From the human T2T-CHM13v2.0 reference genome, Homo sapiens, in assembly GCF_009914755.1 (NCBI RefSeq), contig NC_060935.1: a DNA stretch of 64,000 nt. One strand, written 5' to 3'. The notes under the pieces were generated by a model. That model worked only from the letters and a program-made list of their open reading frames with translations. It had not been told where the DNA came from and did no database searches. Shown piece after piece: positions 40,061 through 56,276 of the stretch. How positions within the stretch are numbered: position 1 is the first letter of the stretch; each line of letters starts with the position of its first letter. A program made the translations under genes and the position numbers.

Positions 40061-41876
40061 ATACAAAAATCACTGGCATTGCTATACATTAAAAACAAAT
40101 AATCAAAGATTAAAATTTTAAAAAATCCATTTAAAATAGCATCAAAAAGATTAAAATTATTTAAAAAATAAAGTTGTGCCACACTGTACAATAAAAGCTA
40201 CAAAATACTATTGACATTTTTAAAAACCTACATAAAAAGACCTCCCATGCTCATGGATTGAAAGATTTAATATTGTTAACATGTCAGTCTCCCCAAATCA
40301 ATCTATAGATTCAATAGTTTTATCAAAACCACTGCTGTCTTTATTTAGTTGATGAAATCGATCCCAAAATTCATTTAAAAATTTGAGAGAACCAGAATAA
40401 CCAAAACAATCCGGAAAAGAACCAAGTTAGAGAACCAAAACTTGTTCATTTCAGAACTTAATACAAAGCCACAGTAATCAAAATTGTGTGGTACTGGCAT
40501 AAAGATAGATACATAGATCAATGAAACATAATTGGGAGTCCAGAAATAAAGCCTTACGTATATGGTCAGTCGACTATCCAAAATTCTTTTCAACCAATAG
40601 TGCTGCAACAATTTAAGACACACATGCAAAAGAATGACGTTGAACTTCTAATTATACCGTACACAAAGATTATCTGACAATAATTCAAATACTTAAAAAA
40701 GCTAAAACTTGTAAAAATCTTAGGAGAAAAATAGGCATAAATATTTGTGGCCTAAGATTAGGCAATAATTTCTTAGATGTAACACCAAAAACATAAGCTA
40801 CATAGGATACATAAATTGGGCTTCATCAAAATTAGACACTTTATGCTTCAAAAGACACTATTAGCAAAGTGAACAGGAAATCCACAGAATGGAAGAAACT
40901 ATTTTTAAATCATATATCTGATAAAGGACTAGATTCAACAATATATAAAAAACCCTTGCAACTCAACAATAAAGAAATAACCCAGTTTTTCAAATGGACA
41001 AACTATTTGAATGCATACTTTTCCAAAGAAAATGGCCAATAAGCACATGAAAAAATGCTCAGTACCATTAATCATTAGTGAAATACAAAACCTCAATGAG
41101 CTATCACTGCACATATACTAGGATGGTTATAATTTTAAAAAAAGGTGGGTAACAAAAGTGGGTGAGCACGTGGGAAAATTGAAACTCTCATACACTGCTA
41201 GTGGGAATTCTTATAAAATGGCACAGCTACTCTGATAAATGGTGTGGCACTTCCTCACGATGTTAAACATAGTTACTATATGACAGTGATTCTAGTTCTA
41301 GAAATATCCCCAAGATAATTAAAAACACATTTCCAAAAAAAAAATTCATTCATGTATGTTATGTTTATAGCAGCATTATTCATAATAGTCAGAAAGTAGA
41401 ACTAACCCAAGTATCCACAAACTGAAGAACAGAAGAGTAAAATGTTGTATATTCATACAAGGGAAAATCATTCTGCAATAAAAAAAATGAAGTACTGATT
41501 TATGCTATGACACGGATGGACATTGAAAACATATCAAGAGTATGAAAAGGTAGTCACAAAAGATCACATATTATACGATTCTATGTATATCAAATATCCA
41601 GGGTAGCCAAATCTATGGACAGAAAGTATTATAGAATAGTGGTGGCCTAGGGCTGGGGCTATAGGTTTGGGGTTAATACTGGCAGTCATTGCTAAAGAGA
41701 ATGGGATTTCTTTTGGAAGAAATGTTTTAAAATTTATTGTGTTGATGTTTTCATAATTCTGTGAATAGACTAAAAACCAATGAATTGTACATTTTAAATG
41801 GATGGATTCATGGTATGTAAATTATGTCATATTATGGGTGTTAATTACATCTCAATAAATTTGTTATAAAATAAAA
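40061..41876 (+). mobile_element. L1MB7/8-like ORF2 3' part and 3'UTR
   Basis: ccatgctcatggattgaaagatttaatattgtt ORF2 remnant; 3'UTR ctgtgaatagactaaaaaccaatgaattgtacattttaaatgg...ctcaataaa. Confidence 0.85.
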
Positions 41877-41925
41877 GCCCTTCAGAAACGGTGGAAAAAT
41901 TAAGAGATCCATTTTTTTCTTTATG

Positions 41926-41958
<33 letters not shown>
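41926..41958. repeat. (AT)n(GT)n microsatellite
   Basis: Read directly from the sequence. Confidence 0.95.
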
Positions 41959-42621
41959 CGTATTTACTGTAAAAAAGATAGAATGAATAATTAAAAACAC
42001 CTCAAGTGTGAAAAGAATTTTAGGTTGGGAATGTTAGAAAAACACACATATTTACTAATATAGAGAGCAAGAGAAATATGTCCATTTTGGGTTGTAAAAG
42101 TCAATCTACTTTTTGTTATATATATGTAAGGTGAGAGGAAATCTTGTCTTAAACATTGTGACAATGCAGTGGAACATTCTGCCTTTTTAAAATAAGTTCA
42201 AAACCAGTAATCAGAAAGTTTGTTCTGTATTCCAGATGTTTCTTGTTAAAATAAATAGTATATAAAGGAAATATTTCGTATAAAAAAGTTAAAATACAAT
42301 AATAAAAATAATATTCTTAAAAAATACTTTAAATTTAAATTGACAAATTTAGTCATTGCAGAGAAGAATAGTGAGCTGTACAGCAATATTATTATTATGG
42401 AATACCATTGGGAACTGTGAGTCTTTGTGTTCCTACTGGGCAGACTTTGGAATATTCTAAGATGGTCATGATGATTGATACTAAGACTATGTGAGCTAAG
42501 GGAGCAGACCCTAAGTGAACCAACACATGTTAAGCAGTAAAAAAAACTCTCAGAAAATATAATCACAGGTGACTCCTTACCTGAAAAAAGAATGGAAACC
42601 CATAAAGCTAAGTCCCTGACC

Positions 42622-43045
42622 CAGTGATGTGCTAGAGACTGTGGATGCCAGCTTATAATAGCTCTTAAATATTCAGAAATTCTCAAGCTATTTGTTATAA
42701 ATAGCCATTATTTAAAATTAAGTCATATCAAAAACAAGGGTAATATATACTTAAAACACATCACTTCATATTTATTTTACTGTTAACTTTGCTCTTGAGG
42801 TTATTTATGTCTATTTCATTTCTGATAAAAATACTGCATAAATCTGTTACTGTGCATCCTTTCCTAACTCTGTTCAGTGCTTTGTTAAAATTAAATGTAG
42901 TTGAAATATTTACACCATAGAATGTGCTATCTTTTACTAGGGCTCTATTTATTGCTTTGTTGACTTTGTAAGTTTAAGAAAATATTAATAATTCAAATTA
43001 AACCTATCTGTTGCAACATCATTGGGAATAGCACAAAAATGAGGA
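42622..43045. mobile_element. MER63C/D hAT transposon, left part
   Basis: TIR cagtgatgtgct; aaaaacaagggtaatatatacttaaaacacatcacttc and tgctcttgaggttatttatgtctatt motifs. Confidence 0.75.
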
Positions 43046-43100
43046 CTGTTTGTTTGTAAACTACCAGTAGTTCTCATTGAATTTATAGACCACTATGAGG

Positions 43101-46254
<3,154 letters not shown>

Positions 46255-46385
46255 CACCGTAAGTATTACAGATAAGGAAACTGACACCTGTGGCAATTAA
46301 GTAACATGTTTATTGTCACATGGGCTATGAGTAAATGTAGCCAGGATTTGAATTCCAATCCTTATTCTTCTTAAGCCACATTGAA
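46255..46385 (-). mobile_element. MIR SINE (continues from about 43070-43100)
   Basis: ttacagataaggaaactgac...ttaagtaacatg...gtcaca...gccaggatttgaattcc. Confidence 0.75.
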
Positions 46386-46407
46386 CTTCTTCGTAGCCTT
46401 TTCATAA

Positions 46408-46684
46408 TTTTTGTTTGTTTTTTGGAGACAGAGTTTTCACTCTTGTTGCCCAGGCTGGAGTGCAGTGATGTGATCTCGGGTCACTGCAACCTCCACCTCC
46501 CGGGTTCAAGCGATTCTCCTGAGTACGGCGCGCACCACTACACCTGGCTAATTTTTGTATTTTTAGTAGCAACCGGGTTTCACCATGTTGGCCAGGCTGG
46601 TCTCAAACTCCTGACCTCAGATGATCTGCCCACCTCGCCCTCCCAATGTGCTGGGATTACAGGTGTGAGTCATCACGCCCTTCC
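46408..46684 (-). mobile_element. AluSq-like SINE with small internal deletions
   Basis: gagttttcactcttgttgcccagg diagnostic; the gcctcagcctcc segment is missing. Confidence 0.92.
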
Positions 46685-46809
46685 CTTCAGAATGTTTTAT
46701 AGCACCGCCAAGGAAGCATGGATTGTGATTGAAAGGAAGAATAGAGCATAACATGCATGAACCAAAAAGGATCACTTCAGTGACTGATAAACACCTGATT
46801 TTAAAAAGC

Positions 46810-47207
46810 CAGACTAATGAAAATCTGATTCAGAATACACGTCACTTAAGTCATTGACGAATGGATGAAATTCCAAAATATACATTTGTTCTTTCACAGT
46901 TATCTTACTAATTAATGTAAACAAAAATACTGATCAACATTCCTGTTGTAAGTGCACCTGATCAGCATTTGCAGCCATGGGTTGTCAATGGATGATATAT
47001 GATTTTGGCAAAAATCAATAAAAGCATTCTGTGATAATTAATAGGCTTTATTCAATGTCCAATAAAAGATCTTATGCACTTTATTATATAAAAGTTTTAT
47101 ATTATACATTTATAGTTGCCTAATTTATAATAAACTTATGCATACGTATATGTACAAATACTGTCTTTTGGAGATCTATTTGACAAACTTTTATGAACAC
47201 ACCACTG
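46810..47207. mobile_element. MER63C/D hAT transposon, right part
   Basis: ggcaaaaatcaataaaagcattctgtga motif; TIR acacaccactg; degenerate 8-bp TSD ccctgacc/ccctcagc shared with the left part. Confidence 0.75.
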
Positions 47208-47399
47208 CCCTCAGCCCACTAAACACTTTTATAAATACAGCAAAGTTGTTTCCTTCAATTGTCCACTTCTTTCTCTTCCCCAGTCCCTTCCTCCTAAATA
47301 TCCCTATATCTATAGCCCTAATTGATAGCTGCTGCTGCTTCTCACTACTTGGCTCTTACTTTCTTGTTGATACTGGACAGCCCTGCATAGTCTTTCTAC

Positions 47400-48225
47400 A
47401 AATTCCAGACCTACTGCCACAGCCTAGTAACTGTTACCTTTGTTTCTCCTCATTGCCCAAATGTTCCATTCCGCACAGGAGCTAGACTGTGCCTTTATAA
47501 TTAAATTCTCCTTACTTCCTGTTGAAAGTTTTCCATTGTCTTCTTATCACACTTAGAATAATATCCAGAATCTTCCCATGGCTTAAGGACCCAGTATAAT
47601 CTGGCTTCTCTCTCTCCAACCATACTTTTTTCCCTTCTCTCCTTTATTATTTTCAGGATTGGTTCTGCATAGGGCCCTGTGCTCAGAAGGGTCCCATGTT
47701 TGGTTTAACCTTCTGCTGTTTGTTAGTTACTTTTATTAACATGGGGTCTCTCTATGCTGCCCAGGCTGGATTCAAACCCCTGGCCTCAAGCAATTCTCCC
47801 TCCTCAGCCTCCCCAGTATCTGGGACTACTGGTGTGTACTACCACACCCAGGCACTGTTGCTACCCTGAAATCCTGTGTGATTTTTAAACAAGTTTTCAC
47901 TTGATATTAGTACCTACTAATTATGTAACCAGCCATCCTCAATAATGAGGATGGCTTTGGCTTATCAACCTTAACTTCTTTTTCTCAAATTTGACAGTGT
48001 TTTTCATCTCAGGACTACTGCCAATGATATTATCTTTTTCTGGAAAGATTTTTTCCCTCGGCCATTCTCCAAACTGGTTTCATTGTTATTATTCAAGTTC
48101 AGCTCTATTTTAACGGAATAAGAATAAAGTTTTTATCTATGACATTTAACACTGTATTCCCAGCAGCTAGAATAGTATCTAGCATATAGCATTAAACAAA
48201 TATCCGCTAAATAAATGAATAAATC
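47400..48225 (+). mobile_element. L2 LINE 3' fragment interrupted by MER45A
   Basis: cacacttagaataatatccagaatcttcccatggcttaagg...actgtattcccagcagctagaatagtatctagcatatag...aaatgaataaat. Confidence 0.75.
47654..47937. mobile_element. MER45A hAT-Tip100 MITE with a nested FLAM (about 47720-47852, minus)
   Basis: agggccctgtgctcagaagggtcccatgtttggtttaa...aattatgtaaccagcc; FLAM atggggtctctctatgctgcccaggctgg. Confidence 0.8.
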
Positions 48226-48518
48226 CATTTCTTTCTACTATCTTCCATGACACAACTCTAGTTGCCTCATCTGAAAACCCTCCTGTAAGTAACCTCATTG
48301 GTCCCCTCTTCTATCAGTCACTGAACTGATCCCTCATCATTTGTTAAAGTTTAAGTTTCTTATCTGCAATGCTTATACATTTTTCTTCCAATAATCTCTG
48401 CTTTTTAGGTTATGTTACATAAGACATTATAAGATGGCTGAAGTTTCCCACAGTCTAAGAGATTGAAAAATGGTGTTCCAATCCTAGTTATACTACAATA
48501 GTTTTTAATAATGGGAAG

Positions 48519-48874
48519 TGTGTTAGTCCATTTTTATACTGCTGCTGAAGATGACCTGGGACTGGGCAAATTACAAAAGAAAGAGGTTTAATTGCACTTA
48601 CAGTTTCACATGGCTGGAGAAGCCTCATGATTATGGAGGAAAACAAGGAGGAGCAAGTCACATCTTACATGGATGGCAGCAGGCAAAGAGAGAGAACTTG
48701 TACAAGGAAACTCCACCTTATAAAGCCATCAGACCTCATGAGACTTATTCACTATCACGAGAACAGCACAGGAAAGACCTGTCCTCATGATTCAGTTACC
48801 TCCCACTGGGTCCCTCCCACAACATGTGAGAATTCAAGATGAGATTTGGGTCGGGACACAGCCAAATCATATTA
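48519..48874 (-). mobile_element. THE1A/B MaLR solo LTR inserted in a MIR
   Basis: ggagcaagtcacatcttacatggatggcagcaggcaaagagag...gaattcaagatgagatttggg; TSD ggaag/agaag. Confidence 0.93.
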
Positions 48875-49065
48875 AGAAGTTTATTTAACTGTTCCAGGTT
48901 TCAATTTCCTTCTCTATAAGATTAAATGAGGAAATGCATGAAAACAATTTAAGAAAGAATAAGTGTATACAAACACCTCAAAATAATTTGGCATTGACTC
49001 TTATTAAACATCTCTTCAGTTATTGTAATCACAGCTTCTGATGTTAGGTGGGCATCTTTACTGAC

Positions 49066-49121
49066 ACAAAATTGACACCTAATGTGACATTATACAAAAT
49101 TGACACCTAATGTGACATTAT
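49066..49121. repeat. Perfect 28-bp tandem duplication
   Basis: acaaaattgacacctaatgtgacattat repeated twice, then partial actaaattg. Confidence 0.96.
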
Positions 49122-50659
49122 ACTAAATTGTGTGTTTGGTTAATCACAAAGGATGAAATTATATGGGTGTACGTATGTGTATAAATATATTCCCATAGAA
49201 CACTTAAAAACAAGATATAAATAGTTCAGTATTAACAAAGCTGTGGGTGTGTTAACAACCTTGTTAATATTGAACTATTTATATCTTGTTTTCAAGTGTT
49301 CTATGGACATATATATACAAATAATGTTTAAATTCTAAGAAGTTGAAATATAATTTTGCACCAATATTTCCTGTAATTATACTTGCTGGCTTTCTACTTT
49401 TTTCATGAAATTCTATGTCACCCTGAAGTTTCAATATTTCTTATAACCACAATTATATTTGTATACCACACAAATATTTCTCTAAGCAAAAATAATATTC
49501 TGTAAGGACATTTCTGGATCTTTTCTTCTTTTGAGACAGATACACTTTTTCATCACTGAGGAGAAATCAAAACCAAAAAAACAAAAACATCAACTTGGTT
49601 TTTTAGCAATGCCTACTGACAAAGATGCCATAACATTTTAAAAAGGAAGCGAAGAGCAGAGTTGAAATGCTAAGAGCGTAGTTTATTGTAAATGCCCAAA
49701 TCAGAGCAAACAACCAGTGAAAGGTCAACATAACAGCCCATTGATCTGTACAAGCAATTTGCTAAACCTAGTAATAAATTCCCCAAGATCCACAGTAGAA
49801 ATTCCTTCAAATATTTGTGATATCTTTTTGTATGAGGCAGCTGGCCAAAAAGTATAGCATAATTTGCTCTTTATCCGTGTTGATCACTATGCCAGTACAC
49901 TATGGGACCCTTATAGAATTTAAACATTATTATTCCTACAAATTTAGTTTTACTGAACCCACATTTTGAGCATCTATATGCCAATCAATAAACAACCTTG
50001 CTCCTTTGGAAACAGTCATTAATAATATCGTTAATATATTGTCCCTGTGATTAAGGAGTTCAGTCTATTTGGGGAGAAATTATAAGACAACTTAACAATT
50101 GCTGTAAGTATGCAAAGACTGCTACCAGAAAATTTAGGTAATTTCTAAGTTTTTCTCTTTATGGTTATGTGGTTATGGGCCTAATAAAAAATAATGTGGA
50201 AGGAAATACATTTAAGGGAAGAAAATACATTTGAGGGGCCTTGAAATGTAAATAGGAGAAAAAAGCAGAAACAGACTTGACCCAAAAGAAGGTAGGACAC
50301 ACTGAGTAAAGAAAAAATAAACAAAGGCACGCTATTAAGAAAATGGAAGTCTTGCTTAGGGAATAGCCAGGTTGTGGTAAAGAAATACTTTAGAAATTCC
50401 CGGGTCGATGCTATAACCCTTAAAATATAGCATTCAATAAAATTAGTAGAAGATAATGAATAAAGATGTGAAAATAACAACAAAACACAAAAGTTCTTAA
50501 GACTTCACTATCCAAGCATGAATAATTTCAGTTCTCCTATTGAGCTGATGTTTATTCTCATTCCCAGTTCATCCAATCATTGCTCAAAGCTTACTATCCA
50601 AGGTAAAAAAAAAAAATCTCTTATTTTAAATATGCATGGTGTATCTTTTTGGTTATTGT

Positions 50660-50742
50660 GAGGGAAGCCATACAAAATATAGGATGTCCAGTGAAATTTG
50701 ACTTCCGATGAATAACAATTTTTTTTGTTGTGTCTATGTCTC
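50660..50742. mobile_element. MER53 hAT MITE half
   Basis: aaaatataggatgtccagtgaaatttgacttccgatgaataacaattttt. Confidence 0.6.
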
Positions 50743-51357
50743 TAGTTTTGTCTGATCTTTTTCTGTTATCCTGTGCATAATGTTACTTTAAAAAAATTAC
50801 TTGTCTGCTTTTAGTAATTTCTATTATCACAGTTTTCTAAAATTTGATTAAGATATCCTTTGGAGTGATTTTTTTTGTTTGTTTATTATCATTTACTTTG
50901 GATTGCTACAGTGCCTAATCTGTGTATCCTATACAGTATAACTTTATTTCAAAAACTGTTATTTTTACCTTTAGAAAGCTGGGCATGTTCTATAGATTGT
51001 GGGTATCCAGAAAGTACCAGGAAGAAATTAGTATGTATTTTTATCACTCCACCAACTGCTTTCTGTATATTATGAAAATTTATAATTACAAAATCTCAGT
51101 GGTCCTTAAACCCCAAAGCACTTTCCACAATAATTGTGGTTGGTGCTTCTCATAATAAAATATAAAAAACCATGAAGATTTGAAAAGTTGAAGACTCACT
51201 TCAAAAATAGTTACTTGAATGCTTGGGCATATACATTTAAATGTACAAAGATGCCTCTATGCATGTGGGTGCACACACACCTATAAGGTAAATATTATGT
51301 TTAAAGTTCAGTATGACTTGCTGTAATATAATTTTTTAAAATGTCTTAATATAGTAT

Positions 51358-51804
51358 TGAGGCTCTGCCTCAAGGCTGATCAGTTTTTCTTCTTAAACAG
51401 CCAGCTAAGTCCATATTCCTGCCCATTTCCCTTTGGGGCTCTCACACTCCAGGCTACTATACACTTGTTCTATACCCCCCAGGGCCAGGTACCATACAAC
51501 TAAGTATATTCTCCATTCCCCAGAGCTTGCTGAAATTATTTAAATTAGCCAGTTCTAACCCTGCTTGCCCTGCCTCCCTTTTTCCTTCCTGGGAAGCACA
51601 CAATAAATGAGCTTGCCCACAGTTGCCCTCCCTCGCCTTGCCTAGACACTGGTTGCTGTGCTTCCCTTGAGTGGCCCTGTGTGGTATGCTACATTCTTTC
51701 CAGGGCATTGTGTGCATTAAAAACTGTACATCTCTTTCTAATTTATCTTTCTTGATCTACATCCGGCTTCACCATACCTCACCTAAGGTAACCTGGTTAA
51801 AACA
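51358..51804 (+). mobile_element. MER74/MER73-group ERVL LTR
   Basis: gggctctcacactccaggctactat...ccccagggccaggtaccatacaact...tgaaattatttaaattagcc...cacaataaa...caccatacct...aaaaca. Confidence 0.8.
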
Positions 51805-52905
51805 CATGCCAAGTGTTCTCTGTCCTAGGCCAGGACCTATTATAACCAGGCAAATGATCAAACTTGCAAGGCTTGATCTAATTTTAATAAAACACTACCA
51901 AAAACCTCATTTAGTGTACTTATGCTATTTTTTACTTACTGCATTTTCACCCTACATATTAATTATGAGGGTACTTGGAATGAAGGTAACTATGGTCCTA
52001 TAATTTCTTTATTGGAAGGAGAAGTAATTATCTTTTAAAATAGTCTGTGAAGAACACATTTTAGTATGGATCCATTATGAATGCAGTCTAGTTTTGTATG
52101 TAGAAAGGGATTGAATCTAGTTTTCTGAGTGGAAAGGGATTTAAATCAGAAAGTTAGAGGCTTATAAAACTTTCGGAAGGACAGACGGGTTGAAGATAAA
52201 AGAGTAAGAAAGGTAAAGCAAGTAACATCTAGCATTCAGGAATTTAGAAATGGTAGAAACTACTTCTGATGAACTCAACTGTCTGTAGCACCAAAAAGGG
52301 ATGATTTGCCAGAGGATACTCAAAGCTACTTGCAAAAAAAAAATTCTTTCATGATGTCTGCTGAAGCCTTCACATGCTTGCCAATGCCACATCAGGCTTG
52401 TTTTGTATCTTTCAAATCTTGTAAGGAATGGCTTTACTTGGCAATTTTCAATTTGAAATTCTGCTAGCAGGGTTTGTAAAGTGTTAGTTTACACACTGGT
52501 TAGTTTCCTAGCATCCCAGCCCTGTGATAGGAGGACACTGGCAAAGACAATCTGGCCTGCTACCTCATTCACTATCAAGCATCCATCCCCAGTTTCTTGT
52601 CAATATTCAATTTAAAAGAACAATGTCAACTGGAGTGGTGTTCTTTATAAGCAGGTGAAATTATGCCTTATGCAAACTAAGATATATTCTCTGAAAAAGG
52701 AGAGACCGTAACATAAGCACTGTTTTCACCCGAGTATGTTGTTTATTTTACCCCCTTTTCAGTCAGAAACCTCCTTTGATTTACTAGAAGGTATTATTTG
52801 TAAGTACCACTAACACACCTTATAGAAAATAGCAGGGGGAAGAAAAAAATTGATATTATAGAAATGTATGCCTAAAAACTTAGAAGAAAATATGCTCAGT
52901 TACTA

Positions 52906-53296
<391 letters not shown>

Positions 53297-53499
53297 TTAA
53301 AAAATGACCACAAACCTAATGTTTCAAGGGTCTGATTTATTAAGGCCTGGATTCCTAATAGTCTTTCATTAATTACTACCTCCATTACTTCCATTACTAC
53401 TGACTATGAGAAAAGGAAAAGGTGCTCTCCCTGGATTCCAGACATTTTCCTCATCCTCATTATGAAGGACTGCCCCTACTTTAATACTCCAAAGCAAAG

Positions 53500-53852
53500 C
53501 AGTAGTCCCCAACCTTTTGGGTACCAGGAATCGGTTTCATGGAAGACAATTTTTCCACAGAGAGCGTTGCGGGGGGATGGGTGGGGATGTTTTCAGGATG
53601 AAACTAATCCACTTCAGATCATCAGTCATTAGAATTAGATTCTCATAAAAGTGTGCAACCTAGATCTCTTGCATGCACAGTTCACACCAGGGTTCCCGCT
53701 CCTATGAGAATCTAATGCCACTGCTGATGTGACAGGAGGTGGAGCTCAGGTAGTAATGCTCACTAGTGGCTGCTCACTTCCTGCTGTATGACCTGGTTCC
53801 TAACAGGACATAGACTGATACCGGTCCATGGCCAGGGGGTTGGGGATCCCTG
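53500..53852. mobile_element. MER1B hAT-Charlie MITE
   Basis: TIRs cagtagtccccaacc / ggttggggatccctg; ggtttcatggaagacaatttttccac; TSD-like c(t/c)ccaaag. Confidence 0.93.
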
Positions 53853-54299
53853 CCCCAAAGGACACAGTGTCTTGCCAATTGTTTCAGTGTCCCAGAGAGA
53901 CCAAATCAACTAGTTATCGGTCTCAAATTCCAATTCAGTAGAAATAGAATGATTCTATTTTGCAGAATGATGAAAGCAATTCTCTGCTGGCAACAGGAAT
54001 GCACAAGTCAACAGTCAAGGATGGGAGGAAAAATGTTTGCAATTGTGTTATTGGGCAGTAATGTAAGCGATTAGTCAAACTTCACTAATTCCTGGACCTG
54101 TACAATATATTGATTACTGTTCAAAATGCTGCACATCTTGAAGCATAGCATTGCAAACTTTCACGTTGTCTCCCTCCTGGTCTGTCAGCAAGACTTCAGT
54201 ATTCCACCATTCTCACCATTTCTCAGTGATCTGAAATGTAGTAATATCTGTGAACTTTATTGGTGTATGCATATTGTCGCAATATTTGGTGGTAAAATA

Positions 54300-55215
54300 C
54301 ATTCTTAATCACAATCAAAGATATAATTTAAACCATGATAGTGAGTAAGGCACTTTGTAAGATTACATTTTGGTGTTTAGCAAAACTGTATCTGACAGTC
54401 AAGAAAACCAAATTCATATCCAGGATAATTGCCAGTTCTAGTGACAAAACTGTTGTCATTATCATCATCACAGAAAGGGAAAAATGTAATTGACTTGCCA
54501 CTAGGAGACTTAAAAAAAAAATCCTACTGAATGTTGCCATATTGGATTAAGTATTGGTCTCTGATGCTGCCATGTTGGAACTCAGCAGTAGCAATAACCA
54601 GATCTGCCTAATGAAAGGAATTCCATGTTGACAAGTCAATGCTCATTATTTCTGCAACTGTGATCACTTTTTTCTTAAGTCTATTGAATAAGATCTGTTT
54701 AACTAGAAAAAGAATGGAAAGATATCCATATGCCAGGATATCTTGTTCATCTTATTAATGAGGATCTTCTATATTTGTGCCCTTTCCCAGTGGTCAAACC
54801 ATACTCCTTATTCCTGAATGGGACTATAATGTTATACCAGTACCCTTCCATTTGCTGCCAGTGTGTGTGAACTGAGCTTTTGTTATTCAAACAGCTAGTC
54901 ATAGAAATAGTTTCATGAAACTATATGAGTGGATTGACAGAAAAATGAGTGAATGTAGCAGGAACAGACACGATTTAGTCTAAAACACCTGCTCATATAA
55001 ATTACTCTCACTTCTGGGACATTTTGAATCTCTCATATATACAACTTCCAATTATGGATGGAGTACTGCAAAACAACTTTATGGTTTGGTGGGTTAGATA
55101 ATACTATTTCATTTTGGTAACTCAAGTTACATGGTCACTTGCATTTTATGGTCAACTTTCATTCCCTGTTATGTCCTAGTAGCAAAGCAGGACGTGTTTC
55201 ACAAATAGAAAACTG
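54300..55215 (-). mobile_element. ERVL/MaLR internal (pol RNase H-integrase) remnant
   Basis: actcagcagtagcaataaccagatctgcc...ttccatgttg and acttccaattatggatggagtactgc...caactttatggtttggtgggttagataa match antisense ERVL pol. Confidence 0.65.
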
Positions 55216-56276
55216 AAGAAGTCATCAGTGTCTGAACTTGAGCTATTTAGTTTCCAATTTTGTCAACATAGAGAATGAAGCCATTCAGGGATGAACTTAA
55301 CCTTATCCAGGCTCATAATGTATAAAAGTGGTATATAAATCCAGAATGCTGATACATTATCTATGTGATTTCAGCAAATGACCATGGTTAATATGTTACT
55401 TCTTATAGTCTAATCCTTTGAAAATTTAGTCTATATAAACTTGCATCGCAACTCCATTTTAACTAGAATGTTTACTCAGAATATTCTGTTCTTTAAGCTA
55501 TTTTAGATAACACATTTTAAAACTGTATATAGATAATATAGTTCTACCAAGTGACATTCTTTCATTAATTGCTTAAGTTCTTTAGAAATGTAACTTATGA
55601 GATTTTTAAAAATATCTTAAACATGAATAAAAAGGTAGGACAACAACTTGGAGCCTTTTCTCTTACAAGGTCAAGGCTCCAGAAACAACCTTTCTAATCC
55701 TAGAATAGTCTTTGGTCTGCACATGTTTACAAATGCAAATAAAAGCAGAGAGCACAGTTAATTCTGTACTCCTTACATAGCATAAGCTTATATTTGTATA
55801 GGCCATTTCTTATGTAGTAAACTTATTTCCTTCTGCAGATTCTACTTTCATGTTTTTTCAGTCCAATCCTAGTGTGAAGATGGTTGAATAAAACTATCAT
55901 TTATCTATACACACAAAAATACTTATTTTTAGAAGAAGGCATGGCTTTGCTTCACACTGGGCAAAGAGCAAGCGTTGTGAATCTGACAGGGACTTGCCTA
56001 AATGTCCCTAGAGCATCTGATATGCCCCAAATATTTAGGACACTATTTAATCAGCTGGGTCATAAATACCAAGTGGCAAAACAGCTTGCTCCTACAAACT
56101 AGAACAGCTGTAGATCTTTATCTGGCTTGTGGCATCATTTAAAACTCTCAACCCTACTATTTAATCAATCAAAGCAGCACATACATAGGAATTATATGTT
56201 CCCTCTATAATCTAGAATCTTACTAAAAATGTGCCCATGTCTTAGTAGTAGGTAGTGTAATATTTTAAGTACCTCT

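Noticed and set aside
42246-42686. 146-aa hydrophobic minus-strand ORF
   Set aside because: Its F/L/I/S-rich composition follows from AT-rich DNA, it overlaps a MER63 end, and it has no true ATG context or splice support.
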